NCBI GenBank assembly: GCA_002305475.1
Contig: DBRB01000019.1
Location: 56,022 to 120,021 of the forward strand
Length of the DNA stretch: 64,000 bases
Reading direction: 5' to 3'
DNA from: a candidate division WWE3 bacterium UBA1379
GTDB lineage: Bacteria; Patescibacteriota; WWE3; UBA101185; UBA10185
Each line of letters begins with the position of its first letter. Positions within the stretch are counted from its first letter, which is position 1. The notes below the pieces were generated by a model, which searched no databases, was not told where the DNA came from, and saw only the letters and a program-made list of their open reading frames with translations. Of this stretch, positions 31,312-40,944 are shown piece by piece. The position numbers and the translations under genes were made by a program.

Positions 31312-31731
31312 ATGCAAAAAACATACGCACCAAATCCGAATAAAATTGAAAAGAGCTGGCATTTTATTGACGCACAAGGTCAGGTATTGGGAAGGCTGGC
31401 AACCGATATTGCTTCCAAACTTATGGGTAAAAACAAAGCTATTTTTGCACCCAATGAAGATCTGGGAGATAAGGTTGTAGTCACTAATGCATCAAAAATT
31501 GCAGTAACCGGAAACAAAATGAAAAACAAAGTTTACTATCATCACACCGGATATCCCTCAGGTTTAAGATCCGAGACTATGGAAAAATTAATGGCAAGAA
31601 AACCGGAAGAAGTTTTAAGAAAAGCGGTGTTGGGCATGCTTCCAAAAAATAAATTAAGAAAAGTCAGAATGGCCAACTTATATATTTACAAAGATTCTGA
31701 GCACCCTCATCAGGCTCAGGAAAAGAAATAA
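31312..31731 (+). CDS. rplM: 50S ribosomal protein L13
   Basis: W..IDA...LGRLA, YYHHTGYP.G, GMLPKN. Confidence 0.98.
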   Translation: MQKTYAPNPNKIEKSWHFIDAQGQVLGRLATDIASKLMGKNKAIFAPNEDLGDKVVVTNASKIAVTGNKMKNKVYYHHTGYPSGLRSETMEKLMARKPEEVLRKAVLGMLPKNKLRKVRMANLYIYKDSEHPHQAQEKK

Positions 31732-31749
31732 TCATTTGGAAGAAATCTT

Positions 31750-32175
31750 ATGGCTAAAGAAACTGTAAATAAAAAGAAGAATAATTTAATCACCGGAACA
31801 GGTAGAAGAAAAACTGCGGTTGCCAGAGTATTTTTAAACACTGAAAAAGGCGACTTTACCATAAACGGAACGGATGTATCAAAGTATTTCCCTACAGAAA
31901 CTGAAAAAGTTGCCTGGATGAAACCGTTTCATACCGTAGGTGTATCACATCCTACCTCACAATTCAGCGGATCGGTCCTCGTTACGGGTTCCGGCAAGTC
32001 GGCACAGCTTCAGGCGGTAGTACATGGTATCTCCAGAGCACTGGCGGAAATAAGCGATGACTATGCAAAAGCACTAAGAAGAGCAGGTCTTTTAACTAGA
32101 GATCCAAGAATGGTAGAAAGAAAGAAATACTTTCTCAGAAAAGCAAGAAAATCTCCTCAGTATTCCAAGCGTTAA
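31750..32175 (+). CDS. rpsI: 30S ribosomal protein S9
   Basis: GTGRRKTAVARV, LLTRDPRMVERKK, QYSKR. Confidence 0.99.
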   Translation: MAKETVNKKKNNLITGTGRRKTAVARVFLNTEKGDFTINGTDVSKYFPTETEKVAWMKPFHTVGVSHPTSQFSGSVLVTGSGKSAQLQAVVHGISRALAEISDDYAKALRRAGLLTRDPRMVERKKYFLRKARKSPQYSKR

Positions 32176-32178
32176 TAT

Positions 32179-32475
32179 TCAGGAGACATATCTGTCGACT
32201 GTATTAAAAAAATCATTCAGTGCCTGCTGAAGTATTGCAATTTTATTTTTTACTTCAGTCTTTTTCCGGTGGTTTTCCACCAGTAGACTGACATCGTATA
32301 CTTCAGAAATCTTTTCCATTATTATTATAGAAGGAATAATTCGTCCTGTTTCATAGGCGGAGATGGTTTTACCGCTTAAACCGATTTTCTTTCCGAATTT
32401 ATTCTGTGACATATTCCTATTATTTCTTACTTCCCTGATTTTATTTCCGATTGTTTCTCCTGGTTTTATCTGCAT
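32179..32475 (-). CDS. XRE-family helix-turn-helix regulator
   Basis: IREVR...MSQ..FG..IGLS..TISAYETG...PS; start moved to MQIK, downstream of a predicted promoter. Confidence 0.85.
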   Translation of the reverse strand: MQIKPGETIGNKIREVRNNRNMSQNKFGKKIGLSGKTISAYETGRIIPSIIIMEKISEVYDVSLLVENHRKKTEVKNKIAILQQALNDFFNTVDRYVS

Positions 32476-32498
32476 AAAGTTGCTTTCTAACTTAAATA

Positions 32499-32539
32499 GA
32501 TAATAAGGCATTGTAATATATATTGCAATAACCTATATT
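32499..32539. promoter_or_regulatory. Overlapping divergent promoters / palindromic operator between the XRE gene and radC
   Basis: attgtaata-ta-tattgcaat palindrome; TTGTAA-N17-TATATT (plus) and TTGCAA-N17-TATTAT (minus). Confidence 0.6.
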
Positions 32540-32545
32540 AGATAC

Positions 32546-33244
32546 ATGGCCGGTCTACAAATTCGGGATATACACCCGGAAAGCAAACCAAGAGAAAGGC
32601 TTTTACACTCTGGACCGGCCAGTCTGTCCGATATTGAGCTTTTAGCAATCATCCTGGGATCAGGAGGAAAGAATGTTTCTGTTCTAGAGTTGGCTTCTAT
32701 CATCCTAAAAAAATTTGACGGTTTTAAAGGGTTAATTAATGCTGATATTCAAGAGTTGAAAAATTTTAAGAATGTCGATTTGGCTAAAGCATCAGCCATT
32801 AAAGCGTGCTGTGAAATCGGTCTTAGAATCAACAGAAATAAAGATGAGACAAAGAGATTGATACAGAAACCTGCGGATATACATGAAATACTCCTGCCGT
32901 ATCTTTATCAAAAAGCCCAGGAACATCTGTATCTTATTTCTCTGGATTCAAGAAACAGAGTAATATCAAAAGATTTAGTTACCGTAGGCACCGTAAATGA
33001 AACCCTTTTTCATCCCAGGGAAATTTTCAGGCTGGCACTGCAGAAAAATGCCTCCTCTATTGCTCTTGCACACAACCATCCCTCAGGCGATTCGACACCT
33101 AGTACGGAAGACATCAGAGTTACACACAGAACGGCAAAAGCGGGGGCTCAGCTGGGAATTGCTCTTTTGGATCATGTCATTATTACTGACCACAGTTTTA
33201 CTAGTATCAAGTCCATGAATCTGCTCAATCCAGACAATTGTTAA
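32546..33244 (+). CDS. radC: RadC/JAB-domain protein
   Basis: PRERL..G..SLSD.ELLAIIL, HPREIF, AHNHPSGD..PS.ED, LLDHVII. Confidence 0.95.
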   Translation: MAGLQIRDIHPESKPRERLLHSGPASLSDIELLAIILGSGGKNVSVLELASIILKKFDGFKGLINADIQELKNFKNVDLAKASAIKACCEIGLRINRNKDETKRLIQKPADIHEILLPYLYQKAQEHLYLISLDSRNRVISKDLVTVGTVNETLFHPREIFRLALQKNASSIALAHNHPSGDSTPSTEDIRVTHRTAKAGAQLGIALLDHVIITDHSFTSIKSMNLLNPDNC

Positions 33245-33276
33245 ATTTCAAAAATAAAAGGAGGTGAAAACAATTT

Positions 33277-33864
33277 ATGAAAAAAATCATTGCAGGGTAT
33301 GTAATTCTGATTTGTCTGCTGATTGCATCCCTGAGCGTAACCTATGCGGCATTCAGCGATAAAGGTAAATATACCGGATCAACATTTAATGTGGCGACTA
33401 CGGATCTTAAACTTCTGAATGATATTACACTGGGTACGGACAGCGGGAATCTTGTTGACGAAAAACCGGGACCGACTTTTAACAATGTGACATCGGATTG
33501 GTGGGCGGACTATCCGATTAAGATTTATAACAATGCATCTACGGCTCTTGATCTAATCTCTTATGCCAACTATACAACAGCGAATGATCCGAGAAATCTC
33601 AGAGAATCAATTTACTGTGAAATTTTCGAATGGAATGACAATAATGCCAATGGTATTGCAGAAACCGAAGAAATCGGTAATTCAGTGGGATCCAACACCA
33701 TACTGAGGTGGAAAAATGACGGACAGCCGATCGGCATAATAAATATGGGGGAAGTTAAAGGATATATCTTAAGATTCTGGACAACCAGCACCTTTTCATC
33801 AACCAATCAAGGTGAAAGAGCAGTTTTTGATTTTGAGTTTCATGCAATCGGAAAATCCAGTTAA
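33277..33864 (+). CDS. Secreted TasA/CalY-like protein (SipW-class signal peptide)
   Basis: Signal peptide ending TYAAFSD, S.F...T.DL, C-terminal NQG....FDF.F.A; strong SD AAGGAGGT. Confidence 0.65.
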   Translation: MKKIIAGYVILICLLIASLSVTYAAFSDKGKYTGSTFNVATTDLKLLNDITLGTDSGNLVDEKPGPTFNNVTSDWWADYPIKIYNNASTALDLISYANYTTANDPRNLRESIYCEIFEWNDNNANGIAETEEIGNSVGSNTILRWKNDGQPIGIINMGEVKGYILRFWTTSTFSSTNQGERAVFDFEFHAIGKSS

Positions 33865-33880
33865 TATTTATAACAATGAA

Positions 33881-33919
33881 AAGCATCCTGTCTGTTTGGG
33901 CGGCAGGCAGGGTGTTTTT
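33881..33919 (+). terminator. Intrinsic terminator
   Basis: gcatcctgtctg...caggcagggtg followed by ttttt. Confidence 0.75.
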
Positions 33920-33977
33920 CCCGCTTCCATAGTTTTTTTATTTAGCTTCCGTTATAAAAATCTGATATGCTTTAAAC

Positions 33978-36617
33978 ATGACAAGACTGCCCGAAAAAAT
34001 TCTTTTTTTCCTTAACTGGTGGGCTGTTCACGCTCCTAAAAGATTATATGCAATCGGTAAAAGAGCGGTAGTCTTAATCAACAACAACATTTCTTTTACT
34101 TTAAACCTCAGATTACTTTTTACCCCTATCTTCGGAGATTATACAAAGACTGGACGAATTATTGGATTTATCTTCAGATTAACTTCAGTATCTGCCAGTC
34201 TGATTTTCCTTCTTATATTATGGATAGTATCCCTTCTGCTTCCCATAATCTGGTGGATTCTGCCGTTTTTTGGAGCCTTTTACTTTAAACTCTGGATAAT
34301 ACCTCTGATAATTTTTGCGTTTTTGATCTTTTTCGTGGCAAAGGAAAACACACCAGCTAAAAAAGTGAAAGAAGTTTCAGAAAACAATCCCGAGAAAACC
34401 TTCAGGCCTACCGCATATCACTATCTTATGCGTCTAAGATCCGAAGCCGCATCGTGTATACCTGCACTTCTAAAAGAACCGCAGATCAAGTATCTGTTGG
34501 AAAAAGCGGAGCTGATGAATGAGGTAGTATGTAAGACAAACGGAAATTCGCAATTCTGTCAAATTACCAAGGATTTCCCCCAGGCATTAAGTAGTGTTAA
34601 ATCCATAAATACAGAAAACCTGGCTAAAACCGCATACAATTACGCAAAATCCAACCAAAGCAGATATATTGAATTGGAACATATCTTTTTGGCAGTACTG
34701 GACAATATCCCAGAAATTGAAAATATTCTATCAACAGTCAATTCTAAATTGGAATACGTTGAAAGAACATCCGAGTGGCTGGTATCGGAAAGAGAAGCGG
34801 CAGCAAAAAGATATTTCTGGCAGGAGGATTACCAGCTTCCGCTAATGGGGGGAATCGGAAAAACCATGACCGGAAGAGTAACTCCGATTCTGGATTCATA
34901 TTCCGAAGACTTTACCAAACAGGTAAAAAACGGACGTCTGAAAAAAATCATCGGCAGAGAGGAAGAAATAAAAAAAGTTGCTGAAATCCTCAGTAGTTCT
35001 GCAAGAAATGTGCTGCTTATCGGCGAACCGGGAAGCGGAAAAACCTCCATTGTCAGAGGTCTGTCTCATAAGATTGTAGGCGGAGTTCAGTACCCTGCCT
35101 TAAAATTTAAACGCCTGGTCAGTATGGATACCGGATCATTAATTGCGGGAACAAAGTCCGCCGGAGATATATCAGATCGTATAAATAGGATTTTTGATGA
35201 AGTAAAAAAATCGGGGGATATCATCGTTTTTATAGATGAAATACATTCACTGGTCACTGCATCTACCGATTCTGGATCAGAAGCTTCCAACATATTCTCT
35301 CTTCTGGAAAAACAACTGCAAAGCAATATCCAGTTTATCGGAGCTACAAACGTAGAAAATTACCGCAAATATATTGAACCAAACGGTGCATTCTCCAGAC
35401 TTTTTGAAAGAGTAGATATCCCCGAATCCCCCCCGCAGGATACACTGGAAATATTAAAATTTGTGACAAAACATACAGAAAATGAAAATCATATTTCCGT
35501 CACCTACCCCGCTCTGTTAAAAATCATAGAACTTTCGGAGAAACTGATTCATGAAAGAGTACTACCAGATAAAGCCATAGATATTCTAAACAGGACAGCT
35601 TCCGCGGTTACACACGCACATAAATATCTTACATCCGAGGATGTCGCCCGGGAAATATCACATGTCACTCATATCCCTGTAACAACTATTACCTTAAATG
35701 AATCGGAAAAACTTCTACGCATCGAAGATGAGTTAAGGGAGCATGTCATCGGGCAGGATGAAGCCATTATTCAGATCGGGGCGGCACTAAAACGAGCCAG
35801 GGCAGGAATTAGAAATGAGAAAAAACCTATTGCCAGCTTTCTTTTTGTGGGTACCACCGGAGTAGGAAAAACGGAAACGGCCAAAGCTTTAGCAAGAGTA
35901 TATTTTGACGATGAAAAAGCGATGATCAGACTGGATATGTCCGAATATCAGCAGGATGACAGTATTAACCGCCTAATCGGAACTCCTAACGGCCAAAGCA
36001 AAGGAATATTAACCGAAGCGGTAAGAACCAAACCATTTGCCTTAATTCTTCTGGATGAAATTGAAAAAGCCAACCCGAATATCCTTTTAACCTTCTTACA
36101 AGTTTTGGATGACGGGCGTTTGACGGATTCCTCAGGCAGGGTCATTGATTTCACTAACACTATCATTATTGCCACTAGTAATGTCGGTACTCGTGGTATC
36201 CAGGAAATATCCGCTAGGGGAGGTGCATTTGATGAAATGTCTGCTTCCGCGATGAAAGAAATCCAAAACCGGTTTGCTCCTGAATTTCTAAACCGTTTCA
36301 ATGGAATTATTGTCTACAAACCGCTGGATAAAGACTCTGTAACCCAGATTGCAAATCTGATGCTGAATAAGGTAAAAAAAATGGCGGTGGAAAAAAGAAT
36401 CAATGTCTCTTTTAAAATGGAACTGGTTACTGAACTGGTCAAACAGGGATACAATCCGGAATGGGGAGCTAGACCCCTGGCGAGAGTGATTGAAAATACG
36501 GTGGAAACTTATCTGGCTATGAAGCTTTTGGCAAATGAAATAAAAATGGGAGACACAATCGAGCTGGGTCTGGAAGCAATTAACGGTAAATCACCAAATC
36601 AAACCGGACAGATGTAA
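33978..36617 (+). CDS. ClpA/B/C-family double AAA+ ATPase with N-terminal membrane segments
   Basis: GEPGSGKT and FIDEIH; GTTGVGKT and LLDEIEKA; GARPL; hydrophobic N-terminus. Confidence 0.92.
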   Translation: MTRLPEKILFFLNWWAVHAPKRLYAIGKRAVVLINNNISFTLNLRLLFTPIFGDYTKTGRIIGFIFRLTSVSASLIFLLILWIVSLLLPIIWWILPFFGAFYFKLWIIPLIIFAFLIFFVAKENTPAKKVKEVSENNPEKTFRPTAYHYLMRLRSEAASCIPALLKEPQIKYLLEKAELMNEVVCKTNGNSQFCQITKDFPQALSSVKSINTENLAKTAYNYAKSNQSRYIELEHIFLAVLDNIPEIENILSTVNSKLEYVERTSEWLVSEREAAAKRYFWQEDYQLPLMGGIGKTMTGRVTPILDSYSEDFTKQVKNGRLKKIIGREEEIKKVAEILSSSARNVLLIGEPGSGKTSIVRGLSHKIVGGVQYPALKFKRLVSMDTGSLIAGTKSAGDISDRINRIFDEVKKSGDIIVFIDEIHSLVTASTDSGSEASNIFSLLEKQLQSNIQFIGATNVENYRKYIEPNGAFSRLFERVDIPESPPQDTLEILKFVTKHTENENHISVTYPALLKIIELSEKLIHERVLPDKAIDILNRTASAVTHAHKYLTSEDVAREISHVTHIPVTTITLNESEKLLRIEDELREHVIGQDEAIIQIGAALKRARAGIRNEKKPIASFLFVGTTGVGKTETAKALARVYFDDEKAMIRLDMSEYQQDDSINRLIGTPNGQSKGILTEAVRTKPFALILLDEIEKANPNILLTFLQVLDDGRLTDSSGRVIDFTNTIIIATSNVGTRGIQEISARGGAFDEMSASAMKEIQNRFAPEFLNRFNGIIVYKPLDKDSVTQIANLMLNKVKKMAVEKRINVSFKMELVTELVKQGYNPEWGARPLARVIENTVETYLAMKLLANEIKMGDTIELGLEAINGKSPNQTGQM

Positions 36618-36703
36618 AGATATTCTCAAATCAAAACTCAGGTTTTCTGTAAGAAAACAGATAAAATCCATGTATAATACCCCCTAGTAGGAGTTGATTT
36701 TTA

Positions 36704-37711
36704 ATGCACGAAGAACAGAAACAAAGATTGGAAAAACTGAAAAATTCTCTTTTTATTGATGAAAAAAGGATTAAAATCCAGGAATTACAGGAAAGAATGA
36801 ATGATGAAAGCACCTGGAAAAACTGGGAAGAAGGTCAAAAAGTAGCACAGGATCTGGCAGGTCTGCAAAAAGACGTGGAAGACTATGAAATGCTGGAACT
36901 GTTGGCGGAAGAAGGTAACCCCGAGGAATTCGATAAAGAATTAAAAAAAGTAGAGCAGAAAACTTTCCTGTCGGGAAAACATGACAAAGGAAACGCCTTG
37001 TTGTCCATTCATGCCGGTCAGGGAGGAACAGAAGCGATGGACTGGACTGCGATGCTATTGAGAATGTATCTGATGTATGCGGAAAAGAAAGGCTGGAAAA
37101 CCACAGAAATAAACAGCCAAGCCGGTGAAGAAGCAGGTCTGAAAACCGTAACGATAGAAGTTGAGGGTCCTTATGCGTACGGATTTTTGAAAAATGAATC
37201 GGGAGTTCACAGACTGGTCAGACAATCCCCTTTTAATGCCAATGATTTAAGACAGACTTCTTTTGCGTTGGTGGAAGTAATCCCGGTAGTGGATGAGTCC
37301 ATTGATATTGAGATCAAAGATGAGGATATTGAATTTGAAGCATTCAGAGCGGGAGGACACGGGGGTCAGAATGTTAATAAGGTTTCCACTGCAGTAAGAA
37401 TTAGACATAAACCAACCGGGATCGTGGTGGAAAATCAGACAGAGCGATACCAGCTGAAAAATCGTGAAAAAGCTATGCAGGTTCTGAAATCAAAACTATA
37501 TGCTTTGGAACTGCAGAAAATGGAAGAGGAAAAAAGAAAGCTGAAGGGTGACTACAAAGCACCGGGTTGGGGTAATCAGATCAGAAATTACGTTTTACAC
37601 CCTTATAAACTGGTCAAAGATCTAAGAACAGATCTGGAAAGTGTTCATCCGGAAGAAATATTAAACGGTAATCTGGATGAATTTGTGGATGCTGAAATAA
37701 GACTGCGGTAA
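36704..37711 (+). CDS. prfB: Peptide chain release factor 2 (no frameshift)
   Basis: [22 protein letters not shown]. Confidence 0.97.
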   Translation: MHEEQKQRLEKLKNSLFIDEKRIKIQELQERMNDESTWKNWEEGQKVAQDLAGLQKDVEDYEMLELLAEEGNPEEFDKELKKVEQKTFLSGKHDKGNALLSIHAGQGGTEAMDWTAMLLRMYLMYAEKKGWKTTEINSQAGEEAGLKTVTIEVEGPYAYGFLKNESGVHRLVRQSPFNANDLRQTSFALVEVIPVVDESIDIEIKDEDIEFEAFRAGGHGGQNVNKVSTAVRIRHKPTGIVVENQTERYQLKNREKAMQVLKSKLYALELQKMEEEKRKLKGDYKAPGWGNQIRNYVLHPYKLVKDLRTDLESVHPEEILNGNLDEFVDAEIRLR

Positions 37712-37714
37712 ATA

Positions 37715-37876
37715 CTATCCTATCAGGCCAACAATGTCCTCTAAACCGATATTTAGTAGATGCATTGCCACAAGGACTGCAGTGGAAAATACCGCATAAG
37801 CAAAGATTTTTACAAGATCAATCTTGATTTGTTTAATGGGAAGTCTGTATTTATCTTCTTTTACTGCTTTAGACAT
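37715..37876 (-). CDS. Small membrane protein, 53 aa (not in the ORF track)
   Basis: MSKAVKEDKYRLPIKQIKIDLVKIFAYAVFSTAVLVAMHLLNIGLEDIVGLIG fills the gap; TGtTAATAT 7 nt upstream. Confidence 0.6.
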   Translation of the reverse strand: MSKAVKEDKYRLPIKQIKIDLVKIFAYAVFSTAVLVAMHLLNIGLEDIVGLIG

Positions 37877-37921
37877 ATTTTCTATATTAACATAAACTAA
37901 CTAGCAGTTATCAGCAGAAAA

Positions 37922-38668
37922 TCAGTTTTCCTCAGTAGAAACTGATTCGGATGACTGAGTGCTTTCACCTATCACGACTGCTTTTGATAATTCCTGAAGC
38001 AGACGGAGTTCTTGGGCAGTTTTATCCGGTCTATAAATTACGGTTCTGATATCTTCCGTTTTCTTATTTAATTTATTTACCGCAAGAAAATTCAGATTGT
38101 TAATTCCTTCTTTCAATTTCACGGACACGGCAAAACTTCCGTTCGGGTTTAATGTAACTTTTTGGTTGTTAATAAATACCTCGGTATCCAGATCCGCCTG
38201 ACCGGTAATATCCAACATATCATTGTCCATCACCTGATTATTTACCGGATTAGATATTTCCAAGCGTGGGTTGCCGGTATAGGTACGATACTGGTAAAAA
38301 AGATATCCGAAAAAAACGATAATTAACAAGGATACTGATACGGCAAGCACTAATGTGGGAGTTAATACCATTTTTGCCGATTCCAGAGGTTTTAACTTAA
38401 CCATCTTTTTATCGGCATCCCTTTCAAACGACGGTTCATATTCCCTTCTCCAAAGTGCAGTCACTTCAGAAACAGGTAGCTCCAGAAAATCAGAATATAT
38501 TTTCAAAAAACCTTTAGCGTGAACCTTGCCTTCAAATATCGAATAATCATCGTCTTCCAACGCTTTCAGATACTTAGGATGGATTTTAATAAATTTGTGT
38601 ACATCCTGAAGTGACAGCTTTTTCTTTTCCCTTTCAGCACGCAGAGCGCTTCCTACAGATTTGGTCAT
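37922..38668 (-). CDS. RodZ-like HTH membrane protein with C-terminal Ig-like domain
   Basis: G..LR..RE...LSL, YLKALE, GFLKIY..FL.L, one TM; downstream of ftsK. Confidence 0.8.
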   Translation of the reverse strand: MTKSVGSALRAEREKKKLSLQDVHKFIKIHPKYLKALEDDDYSIFEGKVHAKGFLKIYSDFLELPVSEVTALWRREYEPSFERDADKKMVKLKPLESAKMVLTPTLVLAVSVSLLIIVFFGYLFYQYRTYTGNPRLEISNPVNNQVMDNDMLDITGQADLDTEVFINNQKVTLNPNGSFAVSVKLKEGINNLNFLAVNKLNKKTEDIRTVIYRPDKTAQELRLLQELSKAVVIGESTQSSESVSTEEN

Positions 38669-38694
38669 ATATGATATTATCTAGATTTTATCGT

Positions 38695-40914
38695 TTAAAA
38701 ATCATCAAATGAAGGTGAATCCTCAGGATCCTCCAAAGAGGGCAGATCGTTGTTTTTAATCAAAACTTCTCTTGGTTTTGCACCGTTTGCTGGACTAATG
38801 ATACCCTTTTCTTCCAGTTCATCCAATATTCTGGCTGCTCTGGCATACCCAATGGATAAACGACGTTGTAAAAGAGAGGCGGAAGCTTTACCGCTGGAAG
38901 TGACGATCTCCACTGCTTCATTAAACAGCTCATCAACATTATCTCCTCCTGCGGCAATACTTTTTTCGCTTCTCTCCGCCTTATCAGTCATTTCAAATAT
39001 CTTCGACTCATATTCCGGAGGAACTCCCTGACTCTTAAGATAATTCACCAAATTGACAATTTCCTTATCGGTTACAAAAGCACCCTGCAATCGGGTTGGT
39101 TTAGGAGCATCAGGAGGAACATACAGCATATCCCCCTTACCTAAGAGCTTTTCCGCTCCGGGCTGATCTATGATAACCCTTGAGTCTATCTGGCTTGCCA
39201 CATTAAAGGCAACACGGCTAGGAATATTTGCTTTAATAAGTCCCGTAATAATATTAGTTGAAGGTCTTTGTACTGCCAGTACCAGATGAATACCTGTTGC
39301 CCGTGCCAACTGAGCGATACGAATAATGCTCTTTTCCACCGCTGCCGGGTCAACAATCATAATTTCCGCAAGTTCATCTACTACCACCACGATGTAAGGC
39401 AGAACCTGAAAACCTGACTTTTCATTGTATGATTCAATATTTCTGGCTTTAGCCGTCTCAAATAACTTATATCTGCGTTCCATTTCTACCACTGCCCACT
39501 TAAACGCCGAAGGAGCCTTATCAACATCTGTAATAACCGGAGTCAGTAAGTGAGGAATATCATTGTAATGAATGAGCTCGGTTCGCTTGGGATCCATGAA
39601 GATAAATTTCACTTCCTGAGGACTTGCCCTAAAAAGTATGGAGAATATTATGTTATGCAAAAATACTGATTTACCGGATCCCGTTGCTCCTGCCACTAAA
39701 AGGTGAGGCATTTTGGCTATATCATAAACATAAGTCTGCCCTCCCACATCCTTACCCAGTACAATTCCTAATTTTGACTTCTGAGCTTTCATAGGCTCTG
39801 AGGTCAACAAAGGCTTAAAATATACCGGTGCTCTTGTCGTATTAGGAACCTCAATACCGATCAAAGCTTTGCCCGGAATAGGTGCTTCAATACGCACGGA
39901 ACCGGTAGGGGATGCTAATGCCAGAGCAAGGTCATACTGCAACGCCGCAATTTTTGAGATCTTTGTACCTGTTGCCGCATCCAAAGAGTACTGAGTAACT
40001 GAAGGACCGTGTTTGACATCAGCTACTTCCACGTCAATACCGAATGATTTGAGTGTCTGTGTGATTATTTTTGAACGTTCGTTGGTGTTGCCCCGATCAA
40101 TTACTACTTCTGGTGGATCGGTCAAAAGATCCAAAGGAGGAAGCTCCCACACCCTATCGCTGTAAGGTAGATTGGGTATCAGGGATACTACCTGTGTAGG
40201 ATCAGTCTTACCCATGGGTATTGAGGTAGGAGCAGCAGCCTGCTGTGGTTCTGATAGTGAAGGTATGATTTCGATTTTCGGTTCTTTCTGCCCGACACCG
40301 TGATGCTCTATTTTATGTGATGTGCTGCTGTCCTGGTCATCCGATTCATCCGAAAACATGGCTGCACCGCTGGTGATGGTAATATCCGGATGCACTTCCT
40401 GTTTGGCATCCTTCCCTTTTCCTGTCAATCCCTTGATTTCCCCTACCGCATTTACAAAAAATGCGGTTATCTGATCAAGATTAAAATCAGAAACCAAAAT
40501 AAAAGATATTACCAGACCAGCAAGCAGGATTAAATATGCCCCATACATACTCACAGAAGACTCGAGGAATTCCCATAAACCATCACCGAAACTACCGCCT
40601 TTTGAAATACCCGATAAAAACACTAAAAAACCGATTAAACCTGACAGAACACGGGGATTCTTGTACTTCATCTTTAGTGTGCTGATTAATAAAAAACCAA
40701 CCAGAAGAGATATAACGGGAATAAAAATGGAAGCAAATCCAAAAGCACCGGTTAAAGTTTCATTTATTTCTGCATTAATAGAGTAATTTTTAGCAAAAAA
40801 AGAAATCAGAGACAATCCTGAAAACAGAATAAAAAAAACAGCACCGAAAGATTTTATTGTCTCGGTTTTAACGACATTTTTTAATTTAAATTTCTTTTTC
40901 CTTCCGCGAGGCAT
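38695..40914 (-). CDS. ftsK: DNA translocase FtsK/SpoIIIE
   Basis: N-terminal TMs, PHLLVAGATGSGKS, VVDELA, gamma domain SLLQRRL.IGY.RAAR. Confidence 0.98.
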   Translation of the reverse strand: MPRGRKKKFKLKNVVKTETIKSFGAVFFILFSGLSLISFFAKNYSINAEINETLTGAFGFASIFIPVISLLVGFLLISTLKMKYKNPRVLSGLIGFLVFLSGISKGGSFGDGLWEFLESSVSMYGAYLILLAGLVISFILVSDFNLDQITAFFVNAVGEIKGLTGKGKDAKQEVHPDITITSGAAMFSDESDDQDSSTSHKIEHHGVGQKEPKIEIIPSLSEPQQAAAPTSIPMGKTDPTQVVSLIPNLPYSDRVWELPPLDLLTDPPEVVIDRGNTNERSKIITQTLKSFGIDVEVADVKHGPSVTQYSLDAATGTKISKIAALQYDLALALASPTGSVRIEAPIPGKALIGIEVPNTTRAPVYFKPLLTSEPMKAQKSKLGIVLGKDVGGQTYVYDIAKMPHLLVAGATGSGKSVFLHNIIFSILFRASPQEVKFIFMDPKRTELIHYNDIPHLLTPVITDVDKAPSAFKWAVVEMERRYKLFETAKARNIESYNEKSGFQVLPYIVVVVDELAEIMIVDPAAVEKSIIRIAQLARATGIHLVLAVQRPSTNIITGLIKANIPSRVAFNVASQIDSRVIIDQPGAEKLLGKGDMLYVPPDAPKPTRLQGAFVTDKEIVNLVNYLKSQGVPPEYESKIFEMTDKAERSEKSIAAGGDNVDELFNEAVEIVTSSGKASASLLQRRLSIGYARAARILDELEEKGIISPANGAKPREVLIKNNDLPSLEDPEDSPSFDDF

Positions 40915-40944
40915 TGAGGGTATATTATCAAAGTAATAGTGTAA

